Positions 35,927 through 44,769 of a stretch of 64,000 nt of DNA are shown one piece after another; within the stretch, counting starts at the first letter, position 1, and every line of letters starts with the position of its first letter. The stretch comes from Dehalococcoidia bacterium (GTDB lineage: Bacteria; Chloroflexota; Dehalococcoidia; Lucifugimonadales; HRBIN23), in contig JANXCH010000001.1 in assembly GCA_025060295.1 (NCBI GenBank), forward strand, positions 32,896 to 96,895. The letters are read 5' to 3'. A model generated the notes under the pieces. That model worked only from the letters and a program-made list of their open reading frames with translations. It was not told the origin of the DNA and did not search any database. Position numbers and translations under genes: made by a program.

Positions 35927-37711
35927 ATGGCGGTGGGACGGCTCTGTGCATTCGGGTTAGTAATGGTTTTGCTGGGTTTTGCCACAGCCTGTCGAGCGGC
36001 GCCGGCGCCGACGGGCCCTACCCCCACCCCAACCTCTGTGGTCCGCCCTGCCCCCCAGCCCACGCCCACGCCCTTCCCCACTCCCACACCTTTGCCCCTT
36101 GCCACTCCTGGCGCGGGCGTCCTCCCCACGCCCACACCTATCCCTACGCCCACCCCTGGGGTGGAGGGCAAATACGGGGGCATCCTCATTTGGGCGCAGG
36201 AGCGGGATGTGGTGTCAGCCGAGATCTCCATGTATGAGGGCCTCAGTTACTTGAGCCAGCACCCCACACGCCCCCTGTATAGCCAGATCGTCATGAACGA
36301 CCCTCAAGACGCTTATAAGGTCATCCCTGACTTGGCGGAGCGCTGGGAGATGCGCCCGGACGGGATGCAGTGGACTTTCTACCTGCGGCGCAATGCGGTG
36401 TGGCACGACGGCAAGCCCGTGACCGCCCACGATGTGAAGTTCACCTTTGACCGCATGTTCAACCCGCCCCCCGGCCAGGTGCGGGGACGCGCCGCACCCG
36501 TCCTTGACTATATGGACGGCCCCGCTTCCGTGGTGGTGAAGGACGACTACACCGTCCAGTTCAATTTAAAGTTTCCGGCTGCCTCCTTCCTTGCTCTGAT
36601 GAACAATCCCTACCTGGTAGTGATGCCCAAGCACTATGTGGAGGCTCGCCCGGACAAGCAGGTGCGGGTGTGGAAGGATGTCATCGGGAGTGGGGCGTTC
36701 CGAGTGAAAAGCATGACCCCCGGCTCGTCCTATGAGATGGTGAAGTTTGACAAGTTCTACATTCCGGGACGGCCGTATCTGGATGGCATGCGTGTGCTGG
36801 TGATGCCAGACCCGGCGACCCGTTTCGCAGCCCTGCGGGCGCGTCGTCTGCACATCATCCCCCAGAGCGTTACCTATGCCCAGGCCGAGGTCATCGCCAA
36901 GGAGATGCCCCACATCGTCCTCCAGCGGGTGCCCCGCATCGCCGGCGATACCATTCAGTTGAATGTCAAACAACCGCCTTTCACCGACCCGCGTGTGCGG
37001 AGGGCGGTGTCCTTGGCTTTGCCGCGTGCGTGTCTGAAGGACGGGCCGTGCTATGCTGTGGAGCCTGATGGCTACATGGGTGGGGTGCTGTTCCCCTATG
37101 GCCCCTGGGCATTGCGCCCGGAGGATTTGGCCGACAAAGTGCCCGGCTATGCCTCTACGGTGGCGGGCAAGGAGCGGGAGCGGCAGGAGGCGCGCCGCCT
37201 TCTGGCAGAGGCCGGATTCCCCAACGGGTTCAAGATCGTTATGGACACCCGCGAGCTGCGCTCATACATTGACTGCGCCCAGTGGGCCATTGAAGAACTG
37301 CGCAAGGTGGGTATAGAAGTTACCGACCTGAAGATTCACGACTCTGCCTCTTACTACGAACTAACCCTGGAGGGACGGCATAAGATCATCGCCCACGGGC
37401 ACGCCTTTGCCCTGGACGACCCCGACCTGGTCATTCCCGACCACTACCTGTGTGGTGGGGCGGAGAACCACCCCAAGTTGTGCATGAAGGAGATTGAGGA
37501 TCTCTTTGCCAAGCAACAGCGCACCCTGGATGTGGGCGAGCGCATCCGCCTCCTGAAGGACCTCCAGCGCCTCATTCTGGACCAGGACGCCAAAATTTGG
37601 ATCGCTTGGGAGGTGTCGCGCGTGCCCCACTGGCCTGAGGTGAAGGGCTGGTATGCCGTCAACAGCCTTTATATGAGCCAGCACTTCTGGGATGTGTGGC
37701 TCGAGCGGTAG
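35927..37711 (+). CDS. ABC transporter substrate-binding lipoprotein, peptide/nickel (family 5) type
   Basis: Signal plus lipobox LLGFATAC, a long Pro/Thr linker, then a family-5 SBP core (WHDGKPVTAHDVKFTF, GSGAFR). Confidence 0.85.
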   Translation: MAVGRLCAFGLVMVLLGFATACRAAPAPTGPTPTPTSVVRPAPQPTPTPFPTPTPLPLATPGAGVLPTPTPIPTPTPGVEGKYGGILIWAQERDVVSAEISMYEGLSYLSQHPTRPLYSQIVMNDPQDAYKVIPDLAERWEMRPDGMQWTFYLRRNAVWHDGKPVTAHDVKFTFDRMFNPPPGQVRGRAAPVLDYMDGPASVVVKDDYTVQFNLKFPAASFLALMNNPYLVVMPKHYVEARPDKQVRVWKDVIGSGAFRVKSMTPGSSYEMVKFDKFYIPGRPYLDGMRVLVMPDPATRFAALRARRLHIIPQSVTYAQAEVIAKEMPHIVLQRVPRIAGDTIQLNVKQPPFTDPRVRRAVSLALPRACLKDGPCYAVEPDGYMGGVLFPYGPWALRPEDLADKVPGYASTVAGKERERQEARRLLAEAGFPNGFKIVMDTRELRSYIDCAQWAIEELRKVGIEVTDLKIHDSASYYELTLEGRHKIIAHGHAFALDDPDLVIPDHYLCGGAENHPKLCMKEIEDLFAKQQRTLDVGERIRLLKDLQRLILDQDAKIWIAWEVSRVPHWPEVKGWYAVNSLYMSQHFWDVWLER

Positions 37712-37738
37712 GGGAGCCGACAGGCGCGGAGAAGGGGG

Positions 37739-38686
37739 ATGCGCGACTACTTGATTCGGCGGTTCCTGCTCCTCATCCTCACGGTCTGGGGGGTGAGTGT
37801 CGTCATCTTCCTCATTATGCGGGTGGTGCCCGGGGATCCCATTATGGCCCTTATGGGCGAGGGGGGGGCCACCAAGGAGCAGATCGCCAAAATTCGCCGG
37901 GACCTGGGGTTGGACCGCCCCCTGGTGGTGCAGTACTTTGATTGGCTCTGGGATACAGTGCGCCTAGACCTGGGGAAGTCCCTATGGAAAGGGACGGAAA
38001 TATCCTATGAACTCAAGACGCGTCTGCCCGTAACCCTGCAACTGGCCATTATGAGCCTTATCCTCTCGGTGGTAATCGCCCTGGTAACGGGGATTGTGTC
38101 GGCCCTCAAGCAGGATACCTGGTGGGACTATGCCTTCCGAGTGTTCACCATTGCGGGGCTAGCCCTGCCCGCCTTTTGGGTGGGCATCCTCGTGATCTTG
38201 ATGCTGGCTTTGTGGTTTAACTGGCTGCCCACCATCGAGTATGTCCCGTTCTTTGAAAACCCGCGGGAGAATTTACTGCAGTTCATCTTCCCCGCCCTGG
38301 TGATCGGATGGCGTCAGGCGGCGGTTACAGGGCGTATGGTGCGCTCCTCCATGCTGGAGGTGCTGCGGGAGGATTATATCCGCACGGCGCGGGCGAAGGG
38401 GTTGGCGGAGCGTATCGTTATCTTCCGCCACGCCCTAAAAAACGCCTCTTTGCCTGTGGTAACGGTCATCGGCATTGAGGCGACCCTGCTCCTGGGTGGG
38501 GTGGTGGTGATAGAGCAGGTGTTCAGCATGCCGGGCCTGGGACGGGCGCTGGTGAGCGCCATCTATTATCGGGACTATCCCATGGTGCAGTTCCTGGTTA
38601 CCTTTTTCGCCTTTGTAACAGTAGTGATCAACCTGATTGTGGACTTGACCTACGGCTGGCTGGACCCGCGCATTCGCTACGAGTAG
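37739..38686 (+). CDS. ABC transporter permease (DppB/OppB-like)
   Basis: N-terminus MRDYLIRRFLLLILTVWGVSVVIFLIMRVVPGDP, and the EAA loop region DYIRTARAKGL.E..V...HALKNA. Confidence 0.88.
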   Translation: MRDYLIRRFLLLILTVWGVSVVIFLIMRVVPGDPIMALMGEGGATKEQIAKIRRDLGLDRPLVVQYFDWLWDTVRLDLGKSLWKGTEISYELKTRLPVTLQLAIMSLILSVVIALVTGIVSALKQDTWWDYAFRVFTIAGLALPAFWVGILVILMLALWFNWLPTIEYVPFFENPRENLLQFIFPALVIGWRQAAVTGRMVRSSMLEVLREDYIRTARAKGLAERIVIFRHALKNASLPVVTVIGIEATLLLGGVVVIEQVFSMPGLGRALVSAIYYRDYPMVQFLVTFFAFVTVVINLIVDLTYGWLDPRIRYE

Positions 38687-38708
38687 GACGGAACACGAGG
38701 AGGCATAG

Positions 38709-39626
38709 GTGGCGCTGGGCTCCTCTTCCCCGGTTGGCGCGGTGCACACTTCCACCGAGGTACGGGCTCTGCGGCGCAGTCCTTGGAAGGGTGTGGTGCG
38801 TTTCATCGTCCGCAAGCCCCTGGGAGCAGTGGGGGCGGGGATGATCCTCTTTTTGGTGCTGTTCGCCTATGTCGGGGTGTTTTTTATGCCCTACGGCAAA
38901 CTGGAGCAGAACGTCTTGGAGGCCCTGAACGCCCCTTCGCTGCGCCACCCCCTGGGCACCGACCAGTTTGGGCGCGACATGCTCACCCGCATTATGTACG
39001 CCTCCCAAGTCTCTCTGTTCATCGGTTTTGCCACCGTTCTGGTGAGTGGCGTGGTGGGTGGGATTATCGGGGTAGTCAGCGGATACTTGGGGGGGAAGGT
39101 GGATCTGTTGTTCCAGCGTGTGGTTGATGTGCTCATGTCCTTCCCCTTGCTGATTTTAGCCATGGCCATCGTGGCAATGCTGGGGGCGTCCACCTACAAT
39201 GTCATCATCGCCATCGCCATCTCCTACGCCCCCCGTTTGGCGCGGGTGGTGCGATCGGTAGCCTTATCGGTGCGGGAGAAGCAGTATGTGGAGGCGGCAC
39301 GGGCGATCGGGTGCTCCGATGTGCGGGTGATGGTCTACCATGTTGCCCCTCAGTGCGTGGCTCCCACTTTAGTGCTTGTTACTGCCCAGTTGGGGGCTGC
39401 CATTCTGGTGGAGTCGTCCTTAAGTTTCTTGGGCCTGGGCACGCAAGAGCCCAATCCCTCGTTGGGCAATATGCTCAGCGGAGCAGCGGCGGGCTACTTC
39501 GAGTTGGCCCCGTGGATGGCCATCTTCCCCGGCTTGGCCATCGCTCTCGCCGTGTTTGGATTCAATGTGTTTGGCGATGCCTTGCGGGATGTGCTGGACC
39601 CCCGCCTGCGGGGTGCAGGACGCTAA
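38709..39626 (+). CDS. ABC transporter permease (DppC/OppC-like)
   Basis: PLGTDQFGRDMLTRI, the EAA region YVEAARAIGCSD..V...HV.P, and the C-terminal GDALRDVLDPRLR. Confidence 0.88.
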   Translation: MALGSSSPVGAVHTSTEVRALRRSPWKGVVRFIVRKPLGAVGAGMILFLVLFAYVGVFFMPYGKLEQNVLEALNAPSLRHPLGTDQFGRDMLTRIMYASQVSLFIGFATVLVSGVVGGIIGVVSGYLGGKVDLLFQRVVDVLMSFPLLILAMAIVAMLGASTYNVIIAIAISYAPRLARVVRSVALSVREKQYVEAARAIGCSDVRVMVYHVAPQCVAPTLVLVTAQLGAAILVESSLSFLGLGTQEPNPSLGNMLSGAAAGYFELAPWMAIFPGLAIALAVFGFNVFGDALRDVLDPRLRGAGR

Positions 39627-39631
39627 AGGGC

Positions 39632-39661
39632 TTGACACACCCCTCCCCTTGTGGCTATCAT
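39632..39661 (+). promoter_or_regulatory. putative promoter (TTGACA-18-TATCAT) driving the T-box leader
   Basis: TTGACA at 39632..39637 and TATCAT at 39656..39661, 6 nt after the permease stop codon. Confidence 0.5.
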
Positions 39662-39667
39662 AAAAGC

Positions 39668-39972
39668 CAACAATAAAGCGGAAAAGGCGACGACCGGGAC
39701 GAGTAGCCCCCCAGCGAGGCTCCAGAGAGCCGGGGCAGGTGGAAGCCGGCGCTAGCGCAGGGGGTGAATGGCCCCGCGAGCCGCACCCCGAACGGGTCAG
39801 TGCCCTAGTAGGCGGTGCCGGGCAGGCCCCGTTACCACGGCCTGGGTGGCTCTGTGGCGTGCCTGCCACGCCACCCGAGAAGATGAGGCCTGCCCAGAGG
39901 ATAGGGCAGGCGAAGAAGGGTGGCACCGCGGTGTGCCTGTGTGCCCCGCCCCTTTATGGCGGGGCTTTTTTG
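39668..39972 (+). promoter_or_regulatory. T-box riboswitch leader, predicted tRNA-Trp responsive
   Basis: The elements occur in the canonical order. AGAGAG box at 39724..39729; distal-loop GGTGGAA at 39738..39744; specifier-loop GAA-TGG at 39766..39771; Stem III GCCTGCCC/GGGCAGGC at 39888..39911. The T-box sequence AAGGGTGGCACCGCG follows at 39916..39930, then a terminator. GGCAC (39922..39926) can alternatively pair with GTGCC (39941..39945) to form the antiterminator. Confidence 0.8.
39943..39972 (+). terminator. intrinsic terminator of the T-box leader
   Basis: GCCCCGCC (39943..39950) and GGCGGGGC (39958..39965) with a 7-nt loop, followed by TTTTTTG. Confidence 0.8.
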
Positions 39973-40022
39973 TTGGAGGCGACGACGGGGAGTGGTTACA
40001 CGCCCCTCAGGAGGAGGTGCCT

Positions 40023-41381
40023 ATGGCCGAGGAGACCAAAATCATCCTGTCAGAGAAGGAAATTCCCACCCAGTGGTACAATGTGCAGGCGGACCTGCCC
40101 AAACCCCTTCCGCCGGTAATTCACCCCGCCACCAAACAGCCCATCGGGCCCCAGGATTTGGCCCCCATCTTCCCCCAAGCCCTGATTCTGCAGGAGGTAA
40201 CACGGGAGCGCTGGGTGCCCATCCCCGAAGAGGTGCGCCGGGTGTATGCCCTGTGGCGTCCCACGCCCCTGTACCGTGCGCACCGATTGGAGAAGGCTCT
40301 GAATACCCCCGCCCACATCTACTACAAGTATGAGGGCGTCTCCCCGCCAGGAAGCCATAAGCCCAACACGGCTGTGGCCCAAGCCTACTATAACAAGGTG
40401 GAGGGGGTGCGCCGCCTCACCACCGAGACAGGAGCCGGCCAGTGGGGCAGTGCTTTGGCCTTCGCCTGTCGCCTGTTCGGACTGGAGTGCAAGGTGTATA
40501 TGGTGAAGGTCTCTTACTTCCAGAAGCCCTACCGCCGGGTGATGATGGAGACATGGGGTGCGAAGGTGGTGCCCAGCCCCAGCCCGGACACCAACGCCGG
40601 GCGGAGCATTCTGAGCAAGGATCCCGAAAACCCTGGCTCCCTGGGCATCGCCATCAGCGAGGCGGTGGAGGACGCCGCCACCCACGAGGATACCAAGTAC
40701 TCCCTGGGCTCGGTGCTCAACCATGTGCTCCTGCACCAGACGGTCATTGGGGAGGAGGCACGCCTGCAGATGGAAAAGGCAGGGGAGTATCCCGATATCG
40801 TTATCGGGTGCATCGGGGGAGGTTCTAACTTCGCTGGCTTGGCGTTGCCATTCGTGCGCGACCGCCTGCAGGGGCGCACCAAGACCCGCTTCATCGCTGT
40901 GGAGCCAGAGGCCTGCCCCTCGGTAACTCGGGGGGTATACACCTACGACTTTGGCGATACCGCTGGCATGACGCCCCTTCTGAAGATGCACACCTTGGGG
41001 CATACCTTTATGCCTCCACGCATTCACGCTGGGGGCCTGCGCTACCACGGAATGGCTCCCATTATCTCCCTGTTGGTGGAGGAGAAGGTGGTGGAGGCGG
41101 TAGCAGTGCACCAGAACCCCACCTTTGAAGCCGCCGTAACCTTCGCCCGTGCGGAGGGCATCATCCCCGCCCCTGAATCGGCCCATGCTATTCGTGTGGC
41201 CATTGACGAGGCGCTAAAGGCGCGGGAGGCGGGTCAACGGCGGGTAATTCTGTTCAACTTGTCGGGGCACGGCCACTTTGATATGCAGGCCTACGACGAA
41301 TACCTGTCGGGACGCCTGCAGGATTACGCCTATCCGCGGGAGGCGGTGGAGCGGGCGATGGCCCAGCTTCCCAAGGTGTAG
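40023..41381 (+). CDS. trpB: tryptophan synthase beta chain, TrpB2 (long) type
   Basis: TrpB2-specific N-terminus [17 protein letters not shown] lysine region [16 protein letters not shown], and [11 protein letters not shown] 40023 lies 6 nt after GGAGGAGG. The upstream 85 codons of the ORF-track entry are the T-box leader. Confidence 0.88.
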   Translation: MAEETKIILSEKEIPTQWYNVQADLPKPLPPVIHPATKQPIGPQDLAPIFPQALILQEVTRERWVPIPEEVRRVYALWRPTPLYRAHRLEKALNTPAHIYYKYEGVSPPGSHKPNTAVAQAYYNKVEGVRRLTTETGAGQWGSALAFACRLFGLECKVYMVKVSYFQKPYRRVMMETWGAKVVPSPSPDTNAGRSILSKDPENPGSLGIAISEAVEDAATHEDTKYSLGSVLNHVLLHQTVIGEEARLQMEKAGEYPDIVIGCIGGGSNFAGLALPFVRDRLQGRTKTRFIAVEPEACPSVTRGVYTYDFGDTAGMTPLLKMHTLGHTFMPPRIHAGGLRYHGMAPIISLLVEEKVVEAVAVHQNPTFEAAVTFARAEGIIPAPESAHAIRVAIDEALKAREAGQRRVILFNLSGHGHFDMQAYDEYLSGRLQDYAYPREAVERAMAQLPKV

Positions 41382-41492
41382 AGTGTAGGGGAAGGCTCGG
41401 TATGGCGGGGCGGGTGCCTCTTCCCGGGAAGCGGTGGCGCAGGGGTTGGGTGTTGCCACCCCCCGTTTCCCCACTGGCCCGAGGAGGAGAGC

Positions 41493-43004
41493 ATGTATTA
41501 CCCCACCTTAGACGAAGTGAAGAGCCTCGCCCATCACGGCAACCTGGTCCCTATTTATCGGGAACTGAACGCCGACCTGGAGACGCCCGTCTCGGCTTTT
41601 CTCAAAGTGGCGCGCCCTCCGTACGCCTTTCTTTTGGAGAGTGTGGAGGGGGGCGAGCGCCTAGCTCGGTATAGTTTCCTGGGGACCGAGCCCCGCCGTG
41701 TCATCCGCACCGGCCCCAACCAACCCGACGGCGCCCGCGACCCCCTGCAGGTGATTCAGGCCGAACTGTCCCGCTATCGGCTCGTGCCCGTGGCGGGGTT
41801 GCCCCGCTTCCACGGGGGGGCAGTGGGCTACCTTGCCTATGAGGTGGTGCGCTACTTTGAGCCGCGCGTCCCGCCGCCAAAAGCGGATGTGCTGGGCCTG
41901 CCTGAAGCGGTGTTCATGCTGTGCGATACCCTCCTCGTGTTTGATCACCTGCGCCACACCATCAAGGTGGTGAGCCACGCCTACCTGGACGGCTCGGTGG
42001 AGCGGGCCTATGCCCACGCGGTGATGCGCATTGAGCGCGTGGTGCGTCGTCTGGGGCGCCCTCTTTCCCTCCCCCGCCGTCCCACCAGCCCCTGGGCACC
42101 CACCCGACGGGAAAGCATCGTCTCCCCTGCGGGGGGCCTGGATTATGGCTCATCCGCCCGCGGCGAAGGCCCCCGCTGGACCTCCAACATCCCCAAGCCC
42201 CAATATTTAGATATGGTGCGCAAAGCCCAGGAGTACATCCGCGCGGGAGACATTATCCAGGTCGTCCTCTCCCAGCGGTTCTCGTGCCCCACCACAGCCC
42301 GCCCCCTAGACCTCTACCGTGCTTTGCGGGCCATCAACCCCTCGCCTTATATGTTCTTCCTGGCTTTGGACGGCTTTTACCTCATTGGGGCGTCGCCCGA
42401 ATTACTAGTGCGGGTGGAGGGGGATGAAGTGGCCACCCATCCCATCGCCGGCACCCGCCCTCGCGGGCGCACTCCCGAGGAGGACCAGGCCCTGGAGGAG
42501 GAACTGAAGTCCAGTGAGAAGGAGCGTGCCGAACACTTGATGCTCCTGGACCTGGGGCGCAACGATATTGGACGGGTGAGCCGGCCGGGCACGGTGCGGG
42601 TTACCCAGATGATGGAGGTGGAGCGCTATAGCCACGTCATGCACCTTGTCTCTCACGTGATGGGGCGGTTGCGCCCCGACCTGACCTGTTACGATGCTTT
42701 GCGGGCCTGCTTCCCCGCCGGCACCGTGTCCGGAGCCCCCAAGGTCCGCGCTATGGAGATCATCGCCGAACTGGAGCCCGATGCCCGCGGCCCCTACGCC
42801 GGCGCAGTGGGCTATTTCAGTTTCTCGGGCAACATGGATACCTGCATCACTCTGCGCACCATCCTGCTGAAGGATGGCGTTGCCCATGTGCAGGCGGGCG
42901 GGGGCATCGTATACGATTCCACGCCCGAAGGGGAATACGAGGAGTGCCACCATAAGGCCCGTGCCCTTCTGCGCGCCATCCAGGAGGCCGAGGTGGGGCG
43001 GTAA
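41493..43004 (+). CDS. trpE: anthranilate synthase component I
   Basis: N-terminal LESVEGGERLARYSF (Trp feedback region), SPELLVRV, AGTRPRG, EHLMLLDLGRNDIGRV and GAPKVRAMEII. ATG follows GAGGAGGAG. Confidence 0.92.
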   Translation: MYYPTLDEVKSLAHHGNLVPIYRELNADLETPVSAFLKVARPPYAFLLESVEGGERLARYSFLGTEPRRVIRTGPNQPDGARDPLQVIQAELSRYRLVPVAGLPRFHGGAVGYLAYEVVRYFEPRVPPPKADVLGLPEAVFMLCDTLLVFDHLRHTIKVVSHAYLDGSVERAYAHAVMRIERVVRRLGRPLSLPRRPTSPWAPTRRESIVSPAGGLDYGSSARGEGPRWTSNIPKPQYLDMVRKAQEYIRAGDIIQVVLSQRFSCPTTARPLDLYRALRAINPSPYMFFLALDGFYLIGASPELLVRVEGDEVATHPIAGTRPRGRTPEEDQALEEELKSSEKERAEHLMLLDLGRNDIGRVSRPGTVRVTQMMEVERYSHVMHLVSHVMGRLRPDLTCYDALRACFPAGTVSGAPKVRAMEIIAELEPDARGPYAGAVGYFSFSGNMDTCITLRTILLKDGVAHVQAGGGIVYDSTPEGEYEECHHKARALLRAIQEAEVGR

Positions 43005-43016
43005 AAGGAGCGCACG

Positions 43017-43613
43017 ATGTTGGTGCTCATAGACAACTACGACAGTTTCACCTACAACCTGTATCAGTACCTGTGTGAGCTGGGAGCCGAGGTGCGCGTG
43101 GTGCGCAACGACCAGGCCACCTTGGAGGACCTAGAGGCCACGCAGCCCCATGGGCTTGTAATCTCCCCTGGCCCGTGCACCCCGCGGGAGGCGGGCATCT
43201 CCAATGACGTCATTCGCCATTTCGGGCAGCGCATCCCCGTGCTAGGGGTATGCCTGGGGCACCAGTGCATTGGGCATGTGTTCGGAGCGCGGGTGGGGCG
43301 GGCTCCGGAGATTGTGCACGGCAAGACCTCCCTCATTTATCACGATGGTAAAGGGGTCTTTCGTGGTTTGCTCAATCCCTTCCCTGCCACCCGTTATCAC
43401 TCCTTGGTTGTCTACGAGGAGGGCCTGCCGGAGTGTCTGGAGGTGAGCGCCCGCACCGCCTCCGGGCTTATCATGGGCCTGCGCCACCGCACCTGGCCCA
43501 TTGAAGGGGTGCAGTTCCATCCCGAATCCATCGCTACTCCCGCGGGGAAGGACCTGCTGCGCAATTTCCTGGATATGGTATACTCTAGGCAGGGAGGCCG
43601 GGGAAAGCCATGA
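43017..43613 (+). CDS. trpG: anthranilate synthase component II / glutamine amidotransferase
   Basis: [26 protein letters not shown] with the catalytic Cys, and VQFHPES. Confidence 0.92.
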   Translation: MLVLIDNYDSFTYNLYQYLCELGAEVRVVRNDQATLEDLEATQPHGLVISPGPCTPREAGISNDVIRHFGQRIPVLGVCLGHQCIGHVFGARVGRAPEIVHGKTSLIYHDGKGVFRGLLNPFPATRYHSLVVYEEGLPECLEVSARTASGLIMGLRHRTWPIEGVQFHPESIATPAGKDLLRNFLDMVYSRQGGRGKP

Positions 43614-43867
43614 ACCTGAAAGAACTGGTCTCTGCCCACCGAGCCCACAGCCCCCGTTTGTCCGGGAAACCGCTGGAGGCGGTGCTCTTGTGGTATGCGG
43701 ACTTGGGGCTAGAGGTGTGGGACGAGGAGGTGCGCTACCATTGTCCCTCCTGTGGCATCGTGCTCACGGTCCCCGTGGAGGAGTTTGTGGTCCGCGATTC
43801 CAACGAAGACTTGCGGTGCGACGCCTGCCGAGGGGAGTTGGAGGAGCGGGGTGGCCCAATGGCGTAG
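43610..43867 (+). CDS. small zinc-ribbon protein (85 aa), hypothetical
   Basis: The ATG overlaps the trpG stop (ATGA). CPSC-x25-CDAC gives a four-Cys ribbon ([12 protein letters not shown]...[10 protein letters not shown]), with GC3-rich codons. Confidence 0.55.
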   Translation: MNLKELVSAHRAHSPRLSGKPLEAVLLWYADLGLEVWDEEVRYHCPSCGIVLTVPVEEFVVRDSNEDLRCDACRGELEERGGPMA

Positions 43868-43885
43868 CCCGGAAAGGAGCCGGCG

Positions 43886-44122
43886 TTGGCAGTGAAAGCC
43901 TACATCCTCATCACGGTGGACACCGCTCTGACAAAGCAAATCGTCGCTACGCTGCGACGCAACCCACGCCTCAAAGAGGTGAACGAGGTACTGGGGCCGT
44001 TTGACATTATCGTGGAGATGGAGGCCCCCGATTTGGATGGGGTCACAGCTACCCTGAGGGAGGAAGTGCGCCCCATTCCCGGCATCCGCAATACCCTCAC
44101 CTGTGTGGTGATGCACTCCTGA
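43886..44122 (+). CDS. stand-alone Lrp/AsnC ligand-binding (RAM) domain protein, copy 1
   Basis: 78 aa. The pattern KAYILITVD......IV..L...P.L.EV.EV.GPFDIIVEMEAPDL......L.E.V..IPGI..T.T..V is the beta-alpha-beta-beta-alpha-beta RAM pattern with no HTH. TTG 43886 lies 6 nt after AAGGAG. Confidence 0.7.
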   Translation: MAVKAYILITVDTALTKQIVATLRRNPRLKEVNEVLGPFDIIVEMEAPDLDGVTATLREEVRPIPGIRNTLTCVVMHS

Positions 44123-44128
44123 TCACGC

Positions 44129-44581
44129 ATGCCCTTCCTCTGCACCCCAATCGGGGTGGTGCGCAATGGCATCAGCGAGCCGCAAGGGGTCATCTGGGAG
44201 CAGGTGACCTCGGAAGTTGTGGTTGATGCCCAGTGGGAACCCGCCCTGGAGGGCATAGAGGCCTTCTCCCATATTTGGGTTATCTTTTGGCTCCATCGTT
44301 CCGAACCACCCGCTTCTCTGCACATCCACCCCATGGGGCGGGAGGACTTGCCGGAGGTGGGGCTGTTTGCCACCCGCTCGCCACGCCGCCCCAACCCCAT
44401 CGCCATCACCGCAGTGCGCCTGCTGGAGCGGCGCGGGCGCGCCCTGGTGGTGCGGGGCCTGGACGCTTTGGATGGCACGCCTGTGTTAGATATCAAGCCG
44501 TACCTCCGTGGTGATAAAGTGGTTCACTTGCGGGTGCCCTCTTGGCCCTCCAAACTTGGCGATCGGGTCAAGACCATTTAA
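44129..44581 (+). CDS. trmO: tRNA (t6A37-N6)-methyltransferase TrmO / TsaA-like protein
   Basis: PIGVVRNG, F.HIWVIFWLH, GLFATRSPRRPNPIAIT.VRL and LD.LDGTPVLDIKPY. Confidence 0.8.
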   Translation: MPFLCTPIGVVRNGISEPQGVIWEQVTSEVVVDAQWEPALEGIEAFSHIWVIFWLHRSEPPASLHIHPMGREDLPEVGLFATRSPRRPNPIAITAVRLLERRGRALVVRGLDALDGTPVLDIKPYLRGDKVVHLRVPSWPSKLGDRVKTI

Positions 44582-44693
44582 CTTTCCGAACCTCGGTTGC
44601 CAGCCCGGCGGGAGCGTGGGGGTATATCCCTGGTGAGGGTGGCTTGGCTGTTCAATCCCGCCACCTGTTCCGAGCATTGAGCCCATCGTCCTA

Positions 44694-44722
44694 TTGACAG
44701 CCCCCTCCTTGGCGCCTAGCAT
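44694..44722 (+). promoter_or_regulatory. putative promoter (TTGACA-17-TAGCAT)
   Basis: TTGACA at 44694..44699 and TAGCAT at 44717..44722, 47 nt upstream of the ATG at 44770. Confidence 0.45.
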
Positions 44723-44769
44723 GGGGTTACCCCTCGCACCGGCGACGCAGTGGGCAACGGAGGTAAGCC

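Noticed and set aside
39768-40022. 85-codon N-terminal extension of the trpB2 ORF given in the ORF track
   Set aside because: The stretch contains the T-box sequence, Stem III and an intrinsic terminator. The real start is ATG 40023, behind GGAGGAGG.
41433-41460. GGTGGC ... GCCACC hairpin between trpB2 and trpE, as a possible internal attenuator
   Set aside because: The stem is only 6 bp with a 16-nt loop and no U-tract, which is too weak to call.
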